A stretch of DNA of 64,000 nucleotides from Octopus sinensis. Taxonomy: Eukaryota. Position 1 is the first letter of the stretch, and every line of letters starts with the position of its first letter. The notes beneath the pieces were generated by a model that saw only the letters and a list, made by a program, of their open reading frames with translations, was not told the origin of the DNA and did no database searches. This document shows, one piece after another, positions 25,630-37,867 of the stretch. The stretch is taken from assembly GCF_006345805.1 (NCBI RefSeq), contig NC_043017.1, forward strand, positions 23,994,001 through 24,058,000, read 5' to 3'. Both the position numbers and the translations under genes were made by a program.

Positions 25630-26020
25630 GGTGGAAATGTAAGCATTTTTTTTTTGCCTCATCCATGTAAACCTAAATACCTTCCTAGTAGCAGACTTCG
25701 GCATAGATTGTTGCATTAGACTTCTTCTCAATGACATCCCACATCCAAAAGAGACACAGATCCATATCTGGCAGGCTAGAAGTCCAAACATCATTGAAGA
25801 CAAATAGTGAATGTTTCAAAGTTTCACCGTGAAATAATCCTCCTGCATGCAGATTGAATCTTGTACTGGTGCAGAGTGTTTGGTGGACATATTGCCATTT
25901 GGATCATAACGTTTAGAAATTCTTGGTGTCAGAATATTATCAGGGATGTCCAAATAGTCAGTTGTGCTGGTATCAAGTCCACTTCGACGATAGTAGACGG
26001 CATCATATGTCATTTGCTAT
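25630..26020 (-). pseudogene. Decayed Tc1/mariner-superfamily (maT/DD37D-like) transposase C-terminus
   Basis: MSTKHSAPVQ resembles FQQDSAPAH. DVWTSSLPDMDLCLFWMWDVIEKKSN resembles WPSSSPDLNPLDY..W..LE. Confidence 0.5.
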
Positions 26021-26051
26021 GAATTTAAAAATCATCACAAAGACAGGACTT

Positions 26052-26290
26052 TTAGTTAGTTAGTTAGTTAATTTGGCTCAAAAGCAAATAGCAAGGCCAT
26101 GTAGGGGGACATGGAGTTAAGTACAGGGTGGTGTTCATGTAAAGAGTTCAGGCCACTTGAGGTCTGGCAGCTTATTCCACGGATCCGCAACCCGGACGGA
26201 GAAAGCTCCTCTCCTTCGATTGAGATGAAATCGTCGCAGGTAGAGCTTTTCGGAATGACCCCTCAGCCGACGCTCTGGATAACAATTTAG
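26052..26290 (-). mobile_element. 3' end of a second CR1 family with a (TAAC)n tail
   Basis: RLRGHSEKLYLRRFHLNRRRGAFSVRVADPWNKLPD followed by a short UTR and (TAAC)4. Confidence 0.85.
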
Positions 26291-26584
26291 ATAACAATAG
26301 GGACTCAGGAAGGCTTAAAGGCTATCACCCAACAATTGTGACGTTAGGTAACTTGATTCACTACGAATTTCTTTTTCCTTTGGTCTGAAGAATTTTAACT
26401 TCCTTACCATGTACTTCAGGTAGTAAAAAGATCTAGAATAATCTATAAGAATATTTCGATTCATATAAATGAATGGTTTCACGCCGAAGTGATTTCCAAT
26501 GGACCTAACAGTCGTCTTTCTACTCAGACGACACTTTGTTTGTCATACGTATGTGTGTATACCTGCTTGTATATACTAACATAC

Positions 26585-26588
26585 AAAC

Positions 26589-26619
<31 letters not shown>

Positions 26620-26646
26620 GAGAGAGGTAGATAGATATGCATACGA

Positions 26647-26679
<33 letters not shown>

Positions 26680-27076
26680 TAAAAAACATATATATACATA
26701 CATATATGTATACATACATATACATACATGCATACATACATGTATATAGACATACATATATACATATATATATATATCTATACATATATATATATACATA
26801 TATATACATATATATCTATACATATATATATACATATATATCTATACATATATATACATATATATATATACATATATATATACATACATATATATACATA
26901 TATATATACATATATATCTATACGTATATCTATACATATATATCTATACATATATATATCTATACATATATATCTATACATATATATACATATACATATA
27001 TATCTATACATATATATACATACATATATATCTATACATATATATACATATACATATATATCTATACATATATATA

Positions 27077-27142
<66 letters not shown>

Positions 27143-27363
27143 ATATACATACATACACACACACACACACATACTACATACATACATACACATACATACA
27201 CACACCACACACACATACATACATACATACATATACATACATACACACACCACACACACACACATACATACATATACATATACACATACATATACATATA
27301 CTATATATATATACATACATATACATATACATATATATATATACATACATATACATATACATA

Positions 27364-27397
<34 letters not shown>

Positions 27398-27780
27398 CAT
27401 ATATATATATATATATACGTATATAGATATATATATATACATACACATACATATATAAATATACATACGTATATAGATATATATATATACATACACATAC
27501 ATATATATATAAATATACATACATATATATATATACATATACATACATACATACATATATATATACACCTATACATACATACATACATACATATATATAT
27601 ACACATATACATACATACATATATTATATATATATATACATACATACATATATATACATACTATATATACATACATACATATACATACATACATACATAT
27701 ACATACATACACACACACACACATACATACATACATACATATACATACATACACACACACACACACACATATACATATAC

Positions 27781-27818
<38 letters not shown>
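26585..27818. repeat. ~1.2-kb degenerate TA/TACA/TCTA compound microsatellite
   Basis: Read directly from the sequence. Confidence 0.95.
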
Positions 27819-27823
<5 letters not shown>

Positions 27824-28013
27824 TTAAATAAGAAAATTAAGAAACAGGATAAAAATTTACGTAGAGATGTTTTTACTTAAATACATTCAAGTTCATACAT
27901 AGAAATTCCTACCTACAGCTGTTTCCATACCCAATTCTTTAATTTCAGAAATAAATATGTATGTGTATATATACATACAAATACACACACACACACATAC
28001 ACACACACACACA

Positions 28014-29180
28014 CACACACGATAGAAGTAAATACACACCCCATAAAACATCATTCTAAGTTTATTCTCACACTTAAATGTTTATATTTTTTTATTAATT
28101 GACATTTTTATGTTCAGGTTCTATATGTAACTGTTTACATGCATTGTACAAAAGAAGCTTTGGGACTGCCTGAAAGAGGCCGTATTGTGGGTCATTGCGA
28201 AGGTGGACATAGTCAACGCATAATCGCAGAAAACTTTTCTACAGTTAATAGAGTAATTGTGCAATTCACCATAGAGGGAAAGGAGTCTGCATCACCTCAC
28301 CCAGATCAGCCTCTGGCAGACCCTTCTCTTTGTTAAGAGAAATGTGGAGGATAACCCTCTTTGCAAGGCCTCTGACATAACAGAACAAGTTGATGTCAGT
28401 CCCAGAATAGCTGTCACGTATCTCCACAAACTTTGTGACTATGGCAGAGCAGCAAGAAGGAAGCCACTTTTTCGACCAGTCAACATCAATCGGAGAAACG
28501 ATTGGGCCAGTGAGATGGTGAAGAAGCTACTAGCATTTTAGGAAACTCTTATATTCGCTGATGAGTCTAGATTTGCTGTATTTTTTGACAGTGGTCAAGT
28601 GTGTGTCTGGAGACTCTGTGATCAAGAATTTGATGTGAAAAGTTTGCAGCCAACAATGAAACACAGCAGCTATTCTGTGGTCTGGGTAGCAATGGTTCAT
28701 TAGACTTGGTGGAGTGTGGGGGAAACATAAACTCAGATAAATATGTGTCCATATTGCAGAAAGGACTCCTTCCAATCTTCTCCAGTGGTGAAATGATTTA
28801 AGCTAAAATGATCAAATATCTGTTGGATGAGAATGACATTAAAAGGCTTCCATGTCCAAGCTAGTCACCACATATGAACCCTATTGAACACCTCTGGGAC
28901 ATAATGGACAGGATGCTTCATAAAAAGAACAAGAAAGCATCTTCAAAGCCAAATCTTTTGAGATTACTGCATGAAACTAGGCAAGAAATTCCGCAAGAGA
29001 ATATTCGTCATCAGACCAGTAACATGCCCAATAGAGTCCTTGCATTGAAAAATACAAAGGGCACGTCTACTAAGTATCGAATATTTATATTATAACAATT
29101 AATAAATAAATTTAATGTATAATTTCAGATTTAAATAAATTTTAGTAATTATAATGGCGTCTATTTATTTCTGCCATGTG

Positions 29181-29182
<2 letters not shown>
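28014..29182 (+). mobile_element. Near full-length Tc1 (DD34E) element with a pseudogenised transposase (28139-29080)
   Basis: [26 protein letters not shown] and SPHMNPIEHLWD. Degenerate 27-bp TIRs CACACACGATAGAAGTAAATACACACC / GGCGTCTATTTATTTCTGCCATGTGTG (21/27). Confidence 0.85.
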
Positions 29183-29211
<29 letters not shown>

Positions 29212-29249
29212 TGTGTGTGTAAACACACTTTTCCTTTTTTCTTTTACTT

Positions 29250-29495
29250 TTCCTAGTACTCATTCGATCGGTTCTTTGACCGAACCGCTAAGTTACGGGG
29301 ATGTAAACACACCAACATCGGTTGTCAAGCAATGGGGGTGGACAAATACATACACAGTTTCCATCTACCAAATCCACTCAAAAGGCCTTGGTCAGCTCGA
29401 GGCTATAGTAGAAGGCACCTGCCCAAGGTGCCACGTAGTTGGAGCGAACCCGGAACCATGTGGTTCGGGAGCAAGCTTCTTACCGCACGGGCCAA
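29250..29495 (-). mobile_element. SINE family B (partial)
   Basis: Reverse-complement homology to 9660-10062. Confidence 0.8.
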
Positions 29496-29805
29496 GTTAA
29501 ATATTATATTACACAGGAATTGTATTAGTGAGATTTACTTAATTGACCCACTGATCGGTTGAGAAAAATTAAACGACCTAGAAAATTAATACTTTCGCCA
29601 ATCCTTTCTGGTTATAAACCAAGCAGAACACTGAAGGTAGGGAAGGACATACAGATTGAAACCGGATATATTTTGTAAAGGTCACTCAATGGAATAAGCA
29701 TGGAGCAGTCTTTGAACATACTTTCGTACGTTTTACACCTTTACTTTTTAACTATAAATTTTGATTTGTATAGATTCTTAACCGCTTTTCAACTGCATGC
29801 ATACA

Positions 29806-30251
29806 ATCGCAGGAGTGGCTGTGTGGTAAGTAGCTTGCTTACCAGCCACATGGTTCCGGGTTCAGTCCCACTGCGTGGAATCATGGGCAAGTGTCTTCTG
29901 CTATAGCCCCGGGCCGACCAATGCCTTGTGAGTGGATTTGGTAGACGGAAACTGAAAGAGACCTGTCGTATATGTGTGTATGTATATATGTTTGTGTGTC
30001 TGTGTTTGTCCCCCTAGCATTGCTTGACAACCGATGCTGGTGTGTTTACGTCCCCGTCACTTAGCGGTTCGGCAAAAGAGACCGATAGAATAAGTACTGG
30101 GCTTACAAAGAATAGTCCCTGGGTCGATTTTCTCGACTAAAGGCGGTGCTCCAGCATGGCCGCAGTCAAATGACTGAAACAAGTAAAGAGTATACATACA
30201 TACATACATACATACATACATACATACATACATACATACATACATACATAC
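29806..30251 (+). mobile_element. SINE family B, near full length, followed by (TACA)n
   Basis: Only scattered differences from the copy at 9660. Confidence 0.9.
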
Positions 30252-30779
30252 ATGATGCCTGTTTTAATGCCAGGAACTTTATAGTTTATACTGGGTGCGT
30301 TTTTCGTGGCACCAGCACCAGTGAGGTAACTTTGGATCTTGCAAGACTTAAAGGGGCTACCACGACATAAAGAGGAATAAAAGTTAGTGTATGGTGTTTA
30401 TAAGAGATATGCCAACATCAGCTAAATATGATTACAATAACAGATTTATAGCTGTGATAGTGAATTAGTAGAGATTAACAGTATACAATAGGGATAGGAA
30501 GTAAGTAACGGATAAAAAAGGAAGGAGGGATTAATGTCAAATGTTAGTGAGAAAGGAAGTGACAGAGTGGTAAAGGTGAATGAGATGGGCTGCGTAGGGG
30601 CATATCTGTAGAGATGTCGTATATTATACATTTCAAAGTTCACGGTCTACTCCGAATTTCACACTTGGCTGGGCTGTTCCCTTTACCCAACGCATTCAGT
30701 TTTATACCAGATAATGATTGCACTATATAAAATATATTATTGATATCAACAACTGTTGAATTATATATATATATAGTTA

Positions 30780-30978
30780 ATCCAAACATGAAAACACAAC
30801 AACGCGAGGACGTGGAACAAGTATAGTATTATTGGACGCTCAGGAAAAAGGAAAGAAGGAGGGTTTAACGTTTCGAGCGGAGCTCTTCGTCAGAAACATA
30901 GGAAAAGGAAAGATCCAAAGAAGGGAAGACGGAGGTTAAAAAAATCGCCAACGGTACACACGCAGTTACATTTTGAAT
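30780..30978 (-). mobile_element. Penelope-like pseudo-LTR / terminal fragment inserted in (TA)n
   Basis: Contains the PLE-typical CTGACGAAGAGC..GCTCGAAACGTT motif and is flanked by TA runs. Confidence 0.65.
30863..30897 (-). ncRNA. Minimal type I hammerhead ribozyme motif
   Basis: Minus strand GUUU-CUGACGA-A-GAGC-UCC-GCUC-GAAACGUU-AAAC: 4-bp stem I, intact core, 4-bp stem II, and a palindromic AACGUU in place of stem III. Confidence 0.7.
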
Positions 30979-32139
30979 ATATATATCATACATATATATC
31001 ATATATACATCATAGCATCATATACATGTATGTATGTATGTATGTATGTATAAGACTGGTTGTTCGGTTCCTGTAGATAATTCTGTCCATTTATATTTGT
31101 GCAGTTTAGAAACTTATTTTCAAATTTCTCAATGTTTCGTACAAACCGAAAGGAAGGAAGGAAGGACAGACAGACAGACAGACAGATTTGTGTGCGAATA
31201 CATTTAAGAATAAATTATCATATGGATGTTTCCACAGACTAGTTAAACAAGTATTTCTCTCCGAATTCAAGGAACGTACAATTTCTTTCTGAAAAATGCG
31301 ATTTTACCAATCATTATTTGTATTTTACTTTTCATTCGTCATTATTTAACAAAGTTCGCAAGCTCATGTCCCAACTTCGAAAGTGAAAAGCAAAATGAGC
31401 CAGTTTAGCGAAGGGCCCTGTCCATTTGAATTCAACATTCGTCAACATGACTGTCCCACCCAACACTATTTTTCATATCGCCGAATTGTAGATAAAATTG
31501 GATTTAGATGCTGCCTCTTTAGAAATAATGGACTAAATCACTAAAAAGCAAGCTTATTTGCTTTGGACATCAAACAGCAATGGTGACAAAACGCAACTAA
31601 TAACTCTTCAGCCGGTACTTCGACATTAAAAAAAAAATCAATTCTTTGATTTAAGCTTTATGTTGTTAATCCTTTCAAGAGAAAATAACAGCAACAGTTT
31701 TTTTCTTAATAACTGGTTTAGCAATGGTTTTAAAATGATGGATTAAAGGGTTAAATAAAGTAGCACTTCCATAGAATCAAGCAGCATAAAAAATTATTAC
31801 TGGCATGGTGTACTAAATTATATAAGAGAACTGTAGAGGAATTTTGGAAGAGATAAGTGACACTCGGAATGTTTCTGTAATTTGGTTTAAAAAATGTAAC
31901 TTTCACTACGAATTCTAATAAGTGTTGTTAATAGGAGGATGACGAAGGGGCATTATTGTCACGAATGTGAATTAAAGGAATCCAAAAAGCCATCATTTCA
32001 AATAATGCGAATATCTGATGGGTGCAATAAAGACACAGGATGCGTGTTAGACATCATCCAGTTTTCATTCTACAGTCAGGTGCATATAATAAATTTCATA
32101 TTACGTATTATACATACAATACACTTTTACACACACACA

Positions 32140-32318
<179 letters not shown>

Positions 32319-33082
32319 GGTGCGTAGTTAGTATGCATTTATCTGAATTGATGTTGTTATCGAGTGCGGCCAACCGAAGTGTCGGTAATTTATCTCCAGT
32401 CTACTTATACCCTATCCAAATTCATTACTAAAGAAGGATTAACTTAGACTCCTTCATGATCCGACTACATAGAGGGGTGACCCGAAGTTCAAACCGAGAA
32501 AATAATCGCAACGAATTGGTAGGGTAACTTAGATCGTGGGAGAGAATATTTTGCAGTGATGATTCTGTCTTTCTGAGATCAAATTCCCATTGAGATCAAC
32601 TTAAACTTTAATCCATTCGAGTCAGCAAGTAAAATACCAATACTAGATCAATTCTCTCTCTCTCTCATTTGTAATTCAAAGGTCCAGTTTTGTCACTCAG
32701 TATCACAGTGATTCGGCTTGAGTTTCATGAAAGATACACGTGTCTAGGATAGAAAACGCGTTTGTATTTTTGACGTGAAAGTTAACTTCCAAACACACCA
32801 CAAGGAGGAGAGTTTTGCTAGAAAATGTGACAAATGACAACAAAATAGAGGCCTATATTTTTCCTTCCCCTTCCTTAAAGGGTGACAAACTTCACATTTA
32901 GTTTAGAAGGAAGATGCGTTTTTCCATTACACGGATATTAATAACTTACACTGCAATCTGAGTTTGTGCTAAGAAAATCTACAGAAGATTCGAAGCAATA
33001 TGATATATGTATATCATTAAAATATTTAGATGGAAGTAATATAAAGGATTCGATACCTTTATGTAGTTAATTATTTCAAGGG

Positions 33083-33250
33083 AAGGAGTAAGTCGATTAC
33101 ATCGACACCAGTGCTCCACTGGTACTTATTTTATCGGCCCCGAAAGGCAAAATGACCTCGGCAGAATTTGAACGCAGAATGCAAAGAAAGGCAAAATGAC
33201 CGCTAAGCATTTTGCCCGACGTGCAAATGATTCTGCCAGCTCGCCGCTTT
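33083..33250 (-). mobile_element. SINE family A (partial)
   Basis: Reverse complement of the head and core. Confidence 0.8.
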
Positions 33251-33274
33251 ATGCGTGTCACTAATGTGAATCAT

Positions 33275-33427
33275 GTATTCAAATTCCGCCAAGGTTTACT
33301 TTGTCTTCCATCCTTTCGAGGGCGATAAAATAAGTACCAGTCGATCACGGAGGGTCGATGTAATCGACTTCTCCCTAACCACTCCCCCGAACTTGCTGGC
33401 CTAGTGCCAAAATTTGAAACCAATATT
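33275..33427 (+). mobile_element. SINE family A (5'-truncated, tail type 2)
   Basis: B-box, core and tail; it sits head-to-head with 33083-33250. Confidence 0.8.
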
Positions 33428-33867
33428 AATCAGGTATCATAATAAAGTGTAAGATGATTTTTGAACTCAATCATAATTTTTTTTTTTTATTATCATCGCG
33501 CAGTGTATAAGTCCCAGGTGGGCCGCAGATTACAATAAATATGCTCCGATAGAGCACATGCTATAATGCTCCCATGATTTTCATCGCACGTACATACATA
33601 TTGATCAGACAATTATACAGTGTCAAACACACACACACACACACACACATCTAACAATTACTTCATGTGCGCATACATATATTTATTTCATATATATGTC
33701 CTTATATGTAAATATATACTCATACACTAACTTGCATGCATGAGTATTGAAACTCGATACACAGTAAACACACTCGTAAAAAAGAAAAAAAAAAAAACAA
33801 CAATACTTTTCTCTCCCGTCACCAAAAACACACTGACTGTAACAACAAAATTCCCCTTTGTACTCAC

Positions 33868-33943
33868 CGGATCCTTCAACTCGGTTTATTATAGTATCCA
33901 GAAACCTATTACCGGCTGTCCTTCTGCCTCTTCGGACAGGCAT
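33868..33943 (-). CDS. erg: First coding exon of an ether-a-go-go-related (erg / KCNH2/6/7-type) voltage-gated potassium channel, encoding the PAS-cap
   Basis: Encodes MPVRRGRRTAGNRFLDTIINRVEGS plus 1 nt, 15/25 identical to the hERG N-terminus [25 protein letters not shown]. The ATG has A at -3. The exon ends at a consensus donor G|GTGAGT after 76 coding nt (phase 1), the length and phase I recall for KCNH2 exon 1. Confidence 0.9.
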
Positions 33944-34162
33944 TGTTGCAGTTAAATTCCAATTTTTCTTTTATCCTAACTTTTAATTAGTCGAAGTAAA
34001 AGTTCAGTAAAAATCCAAAGGTCTCATTATTTTTTTTAATCGTCATAATTGTTAGAGTTTGTTTTATTTTTTTCGCTTCCTTTTCATCGGATTTAAATTT
34101 TAATTTTTAATAATTTTCTATAAACGAGAAAGAAAAACAATAAAAGGAGGCGGGGAGAATAT

Positions 34163-34163
<1 letters not shown>

Positions 34164-34239
<76 letters not shown>

Positions 34240-34240
34240 T
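34164..34240. repeat. (GA)n(GACA)n microsatellite ~220 bp upstream of the erg ATG, probably in the 5' leader
   Basis: The repeat is read directly; its location in the leader is inferred. Confidence 0.9.
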
Positions 34241-35524
34241 AAGGTGCTTTTGCTAGTGGAGGTAGGGTTGTGTGTGTGATTCTTTTCTCTCGGAAACAAC
34301 TTATGAAAATAAAAAGTAATAAAAATCACGGATAAGTTGTCAACGAGAACCGTTTTCTCTTCGAGGTCAGGTAAAGATTCCGCTGAGTCTACAGGAATTC
34401 TCACATGCTTAACCCACCGACTGGTAAACTTATTGGTAATTTTTTCTCAACAAAGGACCTCCATGGTCGATTTACGCTTGTTAATTACTAAGCAGTTGTG
34501 TAGCCTAAACACTTTTTTTGTATTGTTCTCTCTTCTTGACATGTCTTGTGTGAATACACGCAAAGATATATATATATATGTTTAAAGAGGTATATGCAAA
34601 TATACACGCGTAAATACCAGAGTTATGTGAGTGTGAGGGTTAAAGATAGAAACTGTGTGTTAGTGTGGGTGTGTGTTAGTGAATGCACACGTGTGTTTAC
34701 ATATAGTTTACAATGCGATAGAAGCGTGTGCATATATGAATATGTCTCAGGTTTACGTACGTTTCCAAGCATGCACGTGTGTTTATGTGTTTATGTTTGC
34801 ATATAATATTTGAGTAATTTGTTCTATTTTTGTACTTTAACAATCCACATCAGTGGAAGACTGCTGCAACAGATTGAAATAGCTGCCCTTCAGTAAAACA
34901 TTGATGAAAAAAAAAAAAAGAAGAAGAAAAAAGAAAGACTTTAGCCGGTGGCTGGTTTATAGCAGGACGATTTGAAAGAGAAAGAAGAGAAAGACGAAAG
35001 AAGGTGGGAGAATGAAATCAGAGATGATGAAAGGAGGAGATTAAGAGAAAACCTATGTAGTCGTTTGTAAGCGGCTTGCATATTTACATGTATTTGTTGT
35101 CGAATCACTTTAATTCGTGATGAGTTACTTCAGCTTTGCCAAGAAGTAAACATCTATTCATTATAGTTTATCATATGTGATAAGGCAAGCGCTCGAAGAA
35201 ATGACACGAGCGCCTGGCGAGCTCAGACCACACTTTAGTTTCGTTTTCTGTCTATAGCCATTGTCACCTGAATTACTCTTCGTTAATGTTCTTGACGAAA
35301 GTATGAATGTCACCTATTACCATTTCCTCTTCTTTCTTTTTTAATCGCAGGATTTATATTTCTATGTAAGAAATCAATATGATAACAAGTGCAGTAGACT
35401 CGAGTAAGCATAAGCTATGAACTTCCAACACCGTTCAAAATACTTCCGCACCACCACTTACAAAGCATTCGCACGTATGTATATATACATATGTATATGA
35501 GTGTGTGCGCACGTGTGTGTGTGT

Positions 35525-35590
<66 letters not shown>

Positions 35591-35598
35591 CATCTATA

Positions 35599-35797
35599 CG
35601 AGTGGGTGCTGAAAAGTTCATGGCTTTGGGTGAAAGGAAAAGACAGGAGAATCAGTTAATTATGATTTTATTCAATATATTCCCCTCTCAGATTTACACT
35701 TATTGCAGCGGTCCTTCAGCTTTTCTAAGCTTCGTAAAAGAACTGGGAAGGTTGGGCCTTCAACTAGGCCTTTCGCGAGATTCTTAAAGCCAAGAAC
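35599..35797. mobile_element. Mariner-type MITE with a truncated right TIR
   Basis: TA|CGAGTGGGTGCTGAAAAGTTCATGGCTTT at the left; AAAGCCAAGAAC at 35786-35797 complements the inner TIR. Confidence 0.6.
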
Positions 35798-35799
35798 GT

Positions 35800-36645
35800 C
35801 ATTTATGACGTTTACCCAACGTTTCTCTCTTCCATCTTTAAAAAAATATTCATCTGTTGCTGTGATAAACTGATAAATGCTTCAATTACCTCTTCTCTAC
35901 TTAAGAATCTTTTATTGCTTATGAAAAGCTCAAAATGCTTAAATAATTGATAATCAGTAGGAGAGATATCAGGGGAATAGGGAGGATGTTGCAAAATCTC
36001 ATAATTCAGGCTTTCATCTTTTGGGCCGTAGTTTGAAGAGTGTGAGTGAGGTCGTGCATTGTCGTGGTGCAAAATTGGGCCATCTCTATTCACTAGTCTG
36101 GGTTGCTTCTTTTTCAAATTCTCATGCACACAATCAATTTCCTGGCAATACGATGTTGCTGTTACCGTTTTTCCTTGTAGCAAAAATAATGAATAACTCC
36201 CTTCGCAGACCACCATACAGTGACCACTAACTTTTTAAGGTGCAATGGTAGGTTTGGGTTAGTGTTTAGGGTTAGGGACTTTGTTCAACCAAAGTATTTA
36301 ATCCATCATGCCGAATAACTGATTTTGGCCTATCCCTTGGTTTCTTTCCAAGGTTATCATCTCCTGAACGGGAGCTTTGGAACCATCTCTGAACAGTTCT
36401 GATGTCAACAAAACCATTGGCCCGCTTGATTTTCCGTAGTGCTTCTGCAGCAGAGTGGCCCATACGAGAAAATCCCTCAACATAGTTTGGTTGTTATCAC
36501 TTTCATGAGGCCTGTGGATGCGAATTTTGTATTTCAATATTGTTGGAAAAGAAAAAGAGTCAAAATCAAATGCAAGTTATACATAATTGAGTTTTTGAAT
36601 TACTAAAATAAGTAATTAAAAATGCGACGTTTCATACACCCAATG
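35800..36645 (-). pseudogene. Internally deleted mariner (DD34D) element
   Basis: HTH GHSAAEALRKI..RTVQRWF, then PKPT-LHLKKLVVTVWWSAKG, ILHHDNARPH and HPPYSPDISPTDYQLF. The first catalytic Asp region is missing. A TIR-like TA|CATTGGGTGTATGAAA is at 36630-36647. Confidence 0.88.
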
Positions 36646-36739
36646 TAAGCTATAAACGTATAAGAGATGCAGTAGAATCACAGGTAGATTAACAGATGAG
36701 ATCGCTTTCGTTTGTGGCAGCACTAAGAGCATGTGGGAC

Positions 36740-36905
36740 TTAGACTTTCTCAAATGCCCATGGGGCACGCTTGAGGTAGTAGATAGTTTCTGCTACTTGG
36801 GTAACCAAGTTAGTAGCGGTGGTGGATGCTCTGAAATTATTGTTTCGAGACTAAGAATAGGATAGGGGAAGTTCAGAGAGCTACTACCTCTGTTGACAAC
36901 AAATG

Positions 36906-36985
<80 letters not shown>

Positions 36986-37430
36986 GTGAAAGATAGATTG
37001 TATGTTGCTTGTGTACGAACGGCTGTATTCCATAATAGTGAGACATGGGCTCTGAATGCAGAGGACAAGCGTAGACTGGAGAGGAATGAAGGTAATATAC
37101 TCCGTTAGATGTGCAATATCAGTGTCCATGAACGACAAAGCGCAACTGTGTTAAGAGATAAGTTGGGCATAAGAGGAATTAAATGTGGCACGCAGGAGAG
37201 GAGAATGCGTTGGTTTGAACAGGTAATGCGTATGAGTAAAGACAGCTGTATAAAGAAGTGCCCGTCACTGAAAGTGGATGGTACATGTAGAAGAGGGAGA
37301 CCCAGGAAGACATGGGATGAAGTGGTGAAGACTGAACTCAGGATGTTAGGGCTCACGGAGGAAATGAGAATGGGCCGAGATGTCTGGCGATATGAGGTTC
37401 TAGAGAAGACCTGCCCACGTCAGCGAAATT
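36740..37430 (+). pseudogene. RTE-clade LINE 3' fragment with a (CT)n expansion inside the ORF
   Basis: EVVDSFCYLG..KFRELLPLLT..RLYVACVRTAVFHNSETWAL..RMRWFEQVMRM..RRGRPRKTWDEVV. Confidence 0.9.
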
Positions 37431-37714
37431 GAGTGCTAGAAGCGTTATGTTCCACCCACGTGTAACAATGAAACTTTTCCACACTCTACCCCAAGAAACC
37501 AAATTACATCTCTTCTAAACTGCATCTGTTTCTTCCTTGCATTTTCTCTTCATACACTATGATTATCTCCCACTCCTTATCCCTACCCTCACTGTCCTAC
37601 TCATTTATCGCTGCTTTCCCTCACCCTATCTTTAAACCCAGATTTTCACCAGTCATTGCAATCCTCACTCCCTACTTGCGCCTTCTTCAGCCTTCAAGTG
37701 GCTCTATGGTAATA

Positions 37715-37828
37715 AATTTGCTTCCCTACACAGTTCCGGGTTCAGTCCTACTGCGTAACACTTTGAGCAAGTGTCTTCTATTATAGTATTGAGTGTGGAT
37801 TTGGTAGGCGGAAACTGAAAGAAGCCTG

Positions 37829-37867
<39 letters not shown>

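Noticed and set aside
31975-32075. Minus-strand II*NDGF resembling erg exon 2 (IYCNDGFC)
   Set aside because: There are in-frame stops on both sides and no similarity beyond four residues.
34093-34404. 103-aa potential upstream ORF before erg
   Set aside because: Its length comes largely from the CT microsatellite, and the transcript start is unknown.
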